From Candidatus Woesearchaeota archaeon (GTDB lineage Archaea; Nanobdellota; Nanobdellia; Pacearchaeales; GW2011-AR1), in contig CAYQLQ010000001.1 of NCBI GenBank assembly GCA_964418495.1, positions 1-40,051 on the forward strand: DNA of 40,051 nucleotides, in the 5' to 3' direction. The notes under the pieces are model-generated. The model searched no databases. It was not told the DNA's origin and saw nothing but the letters and a program-made list of their open reading frames with translations. The position numbers and the translations under genes are program-made. This document shows, in pieces, positions 34,662 to 40,051 of this stretch. The stretch's first letter is position 1; each line of letters opens with the position of its first letter.

Positions 34662-35212
34662 TAACCTATAATGATATTTACGAAGCCTCACAGAAGGAGC
34701 GGTATTCTGAGAGATTGCAGAAACTTGGGAAGAATTTTGTTATTGATGTGGCGGATTATCTTCGGGACAAGAAGGAGATGGCTGCGAAAGAGAGCGATGA
34801 GTTTTCTGATGTGATTATAAAAACAAAGAAGCAACTTGAGAATGCGATTACGTTGTTTAAGGAGTTGATGTTGCGACGGCGGAAGAAAATTCTGACGCTG
34901 GTTTTGATTGCGGCGGAGACTGGAATTTCGAAACAGGATTTTGAAAATATGTTGCTTTTTGAGAAAGAACTTTTTGAGGAATTTATGAAATGTATTGACG
35001 CGTCGGACAAGACAATGAACGAACTTATGCACGGCAAGGCGAACGGCGATGTTATGAATGAGCTTGTTGTTTTTCTCGACGATGTGGAGGAATTTTTGGG
35101 GCTTGGGCAGGAAAAGATGGGGCCGTTTGTAAAAGGGCAGATGGCGAATATTCCTAAGAATGTTGCGCAGATTCTTGTGGAGGACAAGAAGTGCGAGATT
35201 GTAGAGGAGTAA
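34658..35212 (+). CDS. GINS complex subunit (Gins51/Gins15-like)
   Basis: The motifs are YNDIYEASQKERYSERLQKL...RRRKKILTLVLIAAE and the C-terminal VVFLDDVEEFLGLGQEKMGPFVKGQMANIPKNVAQILVE, which resembles the archaeal Gins51 B-domain. An alternative ATG lies at 34646. Confidence 0.65.
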   Translation: MITYNDIYEASQKERYSERLQKLGKNFVIDVADYLRDKKEMAAKESDEFSDVIIKTKKQLENAITLFKELMLRRRKKILTLVLIAAETGISKQDFENMLLFEKELFEEFMKCIDASDKTMNELMHGKANGDVMNELVVFLDDVEEFLGLGQEKMGPFVKGQMANIPKNVAQILVEDKKCEIVEE

Positions 35213-35213
35213 A

Positions 35214-35221
35214 TTTAAAAA
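35214..35221 (+). promoter_or_regulatory. TATA-like box (TTTAAAAA)
   Basis: It lies 22 nt before ATG 35243. Confidence 0.55.
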
Positions 35222-35242
35222 TGACTTATTGTTGAAAATAAA

Positions 35243-36451
35243 ATGGTGTTTGAAAATGTCGAGAGGGTTTTGAAAAAGGTTGCTGGAATTATGGAACTTG
35301 GCGAGGCAGAGAAAAAAATTCTTTTGGAGCATCGGGGGATTAAGAGTGCGGAGTTGGAAGTTGGGGGGAAAAAATATCCTGCGTGGAGAATTCTTCATAA
35401 TGATTCGTTGGGACCTGGAAAAGGGGGAATACGTTTTCATCCCGATGTTTCTGAGGACGAAGTTAAGTCGCTTTCTTTTTGGATGAGTTTGAAAAATTCT
35501 CTTGCAGGTTTGCCTTATGGTGGGGCGAAGGGCGGAGTTAAAATTAATCCGAAGGAACTTAGCAAGAAAGAACTTGAAGAAGTGAGTCGGGAATATATCA
35601 GGAAGTTTTCAGAATTTCTTGGACAGGATAAGGATATTCCTGCGCCAGATGTTTATACTACTGCGGAAATTATGGGTTGGATGCTCGACGAGTTTGAGAA
35701 AATTAATGGGTGGCACGAGCCGGGAATGATTACAGGGAAGCCGTTGGAGTTGGGGGGAATTGCTTTGCGCGCCGACGCGACGTCGCAGGGAGGCGTGATT
35801 GTTCTTGAAGAATTTCTGAAAAAAATCGGAAAGTCGTCGTCGGAAATTCGCGTTGCGATTCAGGGTTTTGGCAACGCTGGAAAAAATGTCGCAGAAATTC
35901 TTGAAAAAAAAGGATTTCAAATTGTCGCGGTGAGCGATAGTTCAGGAGGAGTTTTTGAAAAGGAAGGTTTGAAAATTTCAGAAGTTGTCAAGAGAAAAGA
36001 GGAAACTGGAAAAGTTGGAGAGGGAATTTCAAATTCTGAACTTCTTGAATTGGATGTTGATGTTTTGATTCTTGCTGCGTTGGAAAATCAGATTACTTCT
36101 GAAAATGCAGACAAGATTCAGGCGGAATATATTCTTGAACTTGCGAACGGACCGATTAGCGCCGACGCTGATGAGATTTTATTTAAAAAAGAAATCGCGG
36201 TTTTGCCGGATATTCTTGCGAACGCAGGGGGAGTTGTTGTGAGTTATTTTGAATGGTGTCAGAATCGGACAGGTAATATTCTCGACGAGGATTATCTTAA
36301 AGAGAAACTTGGGAAAATTATGAGGGGTTCTTTTGAAAAAGTTTATGATTTTGCTTCGCGCGGAGTTAGTCTGCGGGAGGCGGCGTATGTAATTGCGATA
36401 AAGAGAATTCTGGCGGCGGAACGGGCGCGGGGAAATATTGGTTCTGAATAG
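35243..36451 (+). CDS. gdhA: Glutamate dehydrogenase (Glu/Leu/Phe/Val dehydrogenase family)
   Basis: The motifs are GPGKGGIRFHP and GGAKGG, with the Rossmann motif GFGNAGK. Confidence 0.9.
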   Translation: MVFENVERVLKKVAGIMELGEAEKKILLEHRGIKSAELEVGGKKYPAWRILHNDSLGPGKGGIRFHPDVSEDEVKSLSFWMSLKNSLAGLPYGGAKGGVKINPKELSKKELEEVSREYIRKFSEFLGQDKDIPAPDVYTTAEIMGWMLDEFEKINGWHEPGMITGKPLELGGIALRADATSQGGVIVLEEFLKKIGKSSSEIRVAIQGFGNAGKNVAEILEKKGFQIVAVSDSSGGVFEKEGLKISEVVKRKEETGKVGEGISNSELLELDVDVLILAALENQITSENADKIQAEYILELANGPISADADEILFKKEIAVLPDILANAGGVVVSYFEWCQNRTGNILDEDYLKEKLGKIMRGSFEKVYDFASRGVSLREAAYVIAIKRILAAERARGNIGSE

Positions 36452-36528
36452 GTATTCGAAACATTTAAATAGTCTCATGAATATGTATTCATAACTAAAT
36501 TAAGCTGTTTTACAGCGGAGAAAATAAA

Positions 36529-36774
36529 ATGCCGGGATTGGATAGAACAGGACCTTTAGGAAGAGGGGCTTTGACAGGGCGAGGTTGTGGACCTTGCGGA
36601 GCTGGTCTTCGAAGAGGATTTGGTTTTCGTAGAGGATTTGGTTTCAGAGCAGCTGTTCCGCAGGAAGTTTCTTTGACTTCAGAAGATGAGAAGAAAATTC
36701 TTGAAGTGGAGCTTGCTGAGATTGAAGCTGAAAAATCTGAGATTGCGAAAAGGTTAAAAGAACTGAAGAAGTAA
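36529..36774 (+). CDS. DUF5320-like small protein
   Basis: It has MPGLDRTGPLGRGALTGRGCGPCGAG, RGFGF repeats and a C-terminal coiled coil. GGAG at 36517..36520 lies 8 nt before the ATG, one of the few SD-like leaders in the window. Confidence 0.6.
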   Translation: MPGLDRTGPLGRGALTGRGCGPCGAGLRRGFGFRRGFGFRAAVPQEVSLTSEDEKKILEVELAEIEAEKSEIAKRLKELKK

Positions 36775-36781
36775 GAGAAAG

Positions 36782-37798
36782 ATGAATTCGAAAATTTTTG
36801 TTTCCATACTTGCAGTATTTGTTAATTTATTTCTTGCAGTTGGGAAACTTTTCATCGGATTTATCTCCAAGTCAGGTGCGATTTTTGCAGATGGAATTAA
36901 TTCTGCAACAGATGTTTTCTCGTCGCTGGTTGGATTTGTTGGGTTGAAGGTGGCGGAAAAACCTGCAGATAAGGAGCATCCTTATGGACACGGGCGTGCA
37001 GAAGTTATTTCGGGATTTGTGATTACTCTTATTATTTTTGTTTCTGGAATTTTTATTATTTTTGAAGCGATTCAGGAATTTTTCAATCCTTCTCTTCTCG
37101 CGTTGACGACGATTTCGTTTTTGGTGATGGGAATTTCAGCGGGAATTAATGGGGGGATGTCTTGGATAAAAGTTCATTTTGGTAAAAAGTATAATTCTGT
37201 TAGTTTGATTTCTGATGGGATTCATTCGCGGATTGATTTGTTTGTTTCGCTTGCGATTTTTGTTGGTTTGTTTTTTACAAAATATTATTCTCGGTTGGAT
37301 ACAATTCTTGCACTTTTTGTGGGGTTGTATATTCTTAGAGAATCTTGGATACTGGGGCGGGAGATGATTCATAATCTTATGGGGGGTTCGGCAGGAGAAG
37401 AAGTTGAGGCGAAGATTCGTGAGGTTTTGAAGAAGCGCGGAGTTGTTTTGAATTCTTTGAAAACACAGAAGTTGGGAGATAAGGATTTTGCAGAATTAAA
37501 TATTAGTTTGCCTTCGAGGTTGAAGGTTGAGAAAGCAGAGGAATTTGTGAAGAGCCTTGAGAAAAGTTTGTCTGACAGCGTCGCTGGTTTGGAATATCTC
37601 TCGATTCAGATTTCGTCGCACGATGTTGGAACGGGTTATCATCGTTTAGGAAATTTTGATGGTTTTGGAGGAGGGCCTGGAGGTTATTGTGTTTGTCCGA
37701 AGGGGGATTATAAAATAAAACATGAAAGAGGAAAGCCGTGTTCAAGTTTGAAATGTCCGACGCATAAAGTAAATTTGGTGAGGGAAAAAGATGAGTGA
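36782..37798 (+). CDS. Cation diffusion facilitator (CDF) metal efflux protein with an added Gly-rich Cys/His-knuckle tail
   Basis: It has 6 TM segments, ADGINSATD and HPYGHGRAEV, and a cytoplasmic alpha/beta domain. The extra tail is GGGPGGYCVCPKGDYKIKHERGKPCSSLKCPTHK. Confidence 0.85.
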   Translation: MNSKIFVSILAVFVNLFLAVGKLFIGFISKSGAIFADGINSATDVFSSLVGFVGLKVAEKPADKEHPYGHGRAEVISGFVITLIIFVSGIFIIFEAIQEFFNPSLLALTTISFLVMGISAGINGGMSWIKVHFGKKYNSVSLISDGIHSRIDLFVSLAIFVGLFFTKYYSRLDTILALFVGLYILRESWILGREMIHNLMGGSAGEEVEAKIREVLKKRGVVLNSLKTQKLGDKDFAELNISLPSRLKVEKAEEFVKSLEKSLSDSVAGLEYLSIQISSHDVGTGYHRLGNFDGFGGGPGGYCVCPKGDYKIKHERGKPCSSLKCPTHKVNLVREKDE

Positions 37799-38063
37799 AA
37801 ATGTCGGAGAATTGGTTTTGAAAAGAAGAGCGGCCAAAAAACTTTTTGGGATTGAAAAGGGGGATACAACAGAATTAATAGTGCAAATAAAAAGAATTTA
37901 TCGGCAACTTGCTATCCAACACCATCCTGATAGAAACCCAATTAATCCTGAAGAAGCAACAAGAACTATGGCAAGAATAAATGAGGCATATGAAATACTC
38001 TCAATTCCAGAATCAGGGGGAGAAAAACATATAAGAAGATTTTATGAGGATTTTATAATATAA
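37791..38063 (+). CDS. Stand-alone J-domain protein (90 aa)
   Basis: IKRIYRQLAIQHHPDRNP carries the HPD motif, and MARINEAYEILS is also present. It overlaps the CDF gene by 8 nt. Confidence 0.75.
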   Translation: MSENVGELVLKRRAAKKLFGIEKGDTTELIVQIKRIYRQLAIQHHPDRNPINPEEATRTMARINEAYEILSIPESGGEKHIRRFYEDFII

Positions 38064-38064
38064 A

Positions 38065-38550
38065 ATGGCAAGACCAAGAAGAATAAGAAGAATTTATTTT
38101 CAACCAGATGTGACTTATTTCAAGCCGGTAGGGATTCCGATGATTAATTTAAAGGAAGTTATATTGAACTTTGATGAATTAGAAGTAATTAGGTTAATAG
38201 ATTTTGAAGGAATGGGGCAAACTAATGCTGGAAAAAAGATGAAGATAAGTCAATCGACATTATCAAGATTGCTTAGAACTGGAAGAAAAAAATTAGCTAA
38301 TGCTATTATCAATGGTCAAGCAATTAAAATTCAAGGAGGTAAATTTAAAATGGCTATTTCAAAAGGAAGAGGTTTAGGTATGGGAAGAAGCAGAGGGTTT
38401 GATGGAGGGGGAAGAATGGGAGGATTTGCAGCAGGACCAGGAGGACTTTGTAAATGCCCCAAATGTGGTTATGAAGAACCGCAAATCAGAGGTCAACCCT
38501 GTATGAATAAAAAATGCCCTAAATGTCAGACTCAAATGATAAGAGGATAA
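38065..38550 (+). CDS. DUF134 (UPF0251) predicted DNA-binding protein fused to a Gly-rich Cys-knuckle tail
   Basis: The motifs are PRRIRRIYFQP...FKP.GIP...ELEVIRLIDFEGMGQTNAGKKMKISQSTLSRLL (HTH). The tail is GPGGLCKCPKCGYEEPQIRGQPCMNKKCPKC. Confidence 0.65.
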   Translation: MARPRRIRRIYFQPDVTYFKPVGIPMINLKEVILNFDELEVIRLIDFEGMGQTNAGKKMKISQSTLSRLLRTGRKKLANAIINGQAIKIQGGKFKMAISKGRGLGMGRSRGFDGGGRMGGFAAGPGGLCKCPKCGYEEPQIRGQPCMNKKCPKCQTQMIRG

Positions 38551-38565
38551 TAAAGGGAAAATAAA

Positions 38566-39375
38566 ATGAAAATTAAGAATATTATTATTTTACCAGGATA
38601 CAATAAGAGAAAAGAGAAAGAAAGTAAGAAGAAAATAGAAATTCTCGAAGGGCAAAAAATAGGAATAGTTGGGCATACAGGTTCAGGAAAAAGTCAATTG
38701 CTTTATGATATTGAAAAATTAGCTTATGGAGAAACAAAAACTAAAAGAAAGATTCTTATTAATGGAAAAAAACCAGATAAAAATTTGAAAACAGACCCAA
38801 CTATTAAAATAATTGGTTATTTAACTCAGCATATGAATTTTATGACAGATACAAGTGTTTATGATTTTTTAAAAACACATATAATAACAAGAGGAAAACA
38901 CAATACAAAAGAAGAAACAGAAAAAATTATAGAAAAAGTAATAAATGAAGCTAATAAAATAACTGGAGAAGAAATAAAAAAAGAAACTAATTTGCTTATT
39001 TTATCTGGAGGGCAATCAAGAGCCTTAATGGTCGCAGATTTGGCATATATAAGTGAATCTCCAATAATACTGATTGATGAAATAGAAAATGCAGGAATAA
39101 AAATAAAACAGGCTCTTAATATTCTTATTAAAAAAGGCAAGATAATATTTTTAGTTACTCATGACCCTCTTCTTGCTTTAGATACTGATAAAAGATTTGT
39201 TATGAAAAATGGTGGAATAAGCAAAGTAATTCATACTTCAATAAAAGAAAAAGGAATTGCGAATTATCTTTCATGGATAAATGATTATATCTTAGAGATA
39301 AGAGAAGAAATAAGGGAAGGTGAAAAAATAAACAAATTAAAATTAATCTGTACCCCGATGGGAGAAGAAAAATGA
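38566..39375 (+). CDS. Soluble ABC-type ATPase with no fused or adjacent permease in the window
   Basis: The motifs are Walker A GHTGSGKS, signature LSGGQS, Walker B IILIDE and H-loop VTHD. Confidence 0.8.
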   Translation: MKIKNIIILPGYNKRKEKESKKKIEILEGQKIGIVGHTGSGKSQLLYDIEKLAYGETKTKRKILINGKKPDKNLKTDPTIKIIGYLTQHMNFMTDTSVYDFLKTHIITRGKHNTKEETEKIIEKVINEANKITGEEIKKETNLLILSGGQSRALMVADLAYISESPIILIDEIENAGIKIKQALNILIKKGKIIFLVTHDPLLALDTDKRFVMKNGGISKVIHTSIKEKGIANYLSWINDYILEIREEIREGEKINKLKLICTPMGEEK

Positions 39376-40051
39376 AAATTGTAATTTTTGGAGGGACGCC
39401 CGGGAGCGGAAAAACAAGTATAATTAAATTTATAATTCAAGAATTAAAAGATTTAAAAATTCATTATGTTAAGTTTGATGTTTTAAGCACAGATGACGAT
39501 TTATTAATAAAACAGAAATTTGGGATAAGTACAGAAAATAAAATTTCTGGAGAAGCTTGTCCAGATCATTATGCTGCTTTAGAAATTCCAAAAATAATTG
39601 AAGAACATAAAGATAAAGATTTGATAATTATAGAAACTGCAGGTTTATGCTTAAGATGTTCTCCTTATGTAAATGAAGGATTAGCTGTGAATGTTTTGAA
39701 TATTTTAGCAGGAAAACCCTCTGGTTATGGTCCATTACTTACTGACGCAGATGTGATTGTTGTATCTAAAGGGGATTTAATTTCCCAGGCAGAAAGGGAA
39801 ATATTTAGGAGCAAGATTTTAGAAGTAAATAAAAATGGTTTGATAATTGATGGAAATGGTTTAACTGGAGAAGGAGCAATTGATGTAGCTGAGAGAATAA
39901 AAGAAATTTCAGAAGTAAAAAAGACTCTTACCTTAAAAAATTCTATGCCTACTGGAATTTGTGGTTATTGTTATGGAAATAAAATATTAGATTCTAAAGA
40001 AACATTAAATAGATATAATCAAGGAAAGGAATTGAAAGCAAGAGTTCCTAA
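39372..40051 (+). CDS. HypB/UreG/CobW-like (G3E-type) P-loop NTPase, 3'-truncated by the window edge. It is not in the ORF track.
   Basis: My hand translation is MKIVIFGGTPGSGKTS...GEACPDHY...IIIETAGLCLRCSPY...VVSKGDL...GLTGEGA...CGYCYG. It shares an ATGA overlap with the ABC gene. The motif order parallels HypB (GSGKT / ENVGNLVCP / NKxD). Confidence 0.55.
   Translation, partial: MKIVIFGGTPGSGKTSIIKFIIQELKDLKIHYVKFDVLSTDDDLLIKQKFGISTENKISGEACPDHYAALEIPKIIEEHKDKDLIIIETAGLCLRCSPYVNEGLAVNVLNILAGKPSGYGPLLTDADVIVVSKGDLISQAEREIFRSKILEVNKNGLIIDGNGLTGEGAIDVAERIKEISEVKKTLTLKNSMPTGICGYCYGNKILDSKETLNRYNQGKELKARVP

Noticed and set aside
34688-35440. A 250-aa minus-strand ORF across the GINS and GDH starts
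   Set aside because: It is antisense to two supported genes and to their promoter, and its sequence is low complexity.
1-40051. CRISPR arrays, transposases or integrases, rRNA
   Set aside because: I could find no regularly spaced direct repeats, no recombinase-like ORFs and no rRNA-like conserved stretches by reading the window. An exhaustive repeat search was not possible by hand.

Overview
This is an AT-rich archaeal chromosome segment. The archaeal assignment rests on archaeal-type information genes: RadA, an RPA-like SSB, GINS, a RecJ/GAN-like DHH protein, an EndoQ-like PHP nuclease, aEF-1beta, aIF2-alpha, Nop10 (missed by the ORF track), uS15, SRP54, FtsY, Bud32 and an intron-containing tRNA-Gln(UUG). 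Housekeeping enzymes are also present (NDK, ApgM, glutamate dehydrogenase, a HAD nucleotidase and a MinD-type ATPase). Between these lie many secreted or membrane-anchored proteins with no recognisable function. The tight packing, leaderless promoters and sequon-dense giant surface proteins are compatible with an uncultivated DPANN-type archaeon, but that is inference only. No CRISPR array, integrase, transposase or rRNA was seen. The observations most worth follow-up are: (1) a six-gene operon at 36.5-40 kb (DUF5320, CDF exporter, J-domain, DUF134, soluble ABC ATPase, HypB/UreG-like NTPase), in which one Gly-rich Cys-knuckle tail is fused to two unrelated proteins; (2) a five-gene membrane-protein cluster at 8.5-12.1 kb containing three paralogs; (3) a possible cohesin/dockerin-style surface assembly plus a PEP-CTERM-like tail; (4) a nested ATGA-coupled mini-ORF cascade that duplicates the GINS start codon region; (5) a candidate 60-nt sRNA with two C(UUCG)G hairpins between ftsY and srp54; (6) a very AT-rich orphan gene beside the tRNA; and (7) a near-invariant spacing of a TATA 8-mer, 21 nt, then ATG, which I used to revise about ten start codons. 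All domain calls come from reading motifs by eye. No database search was run.
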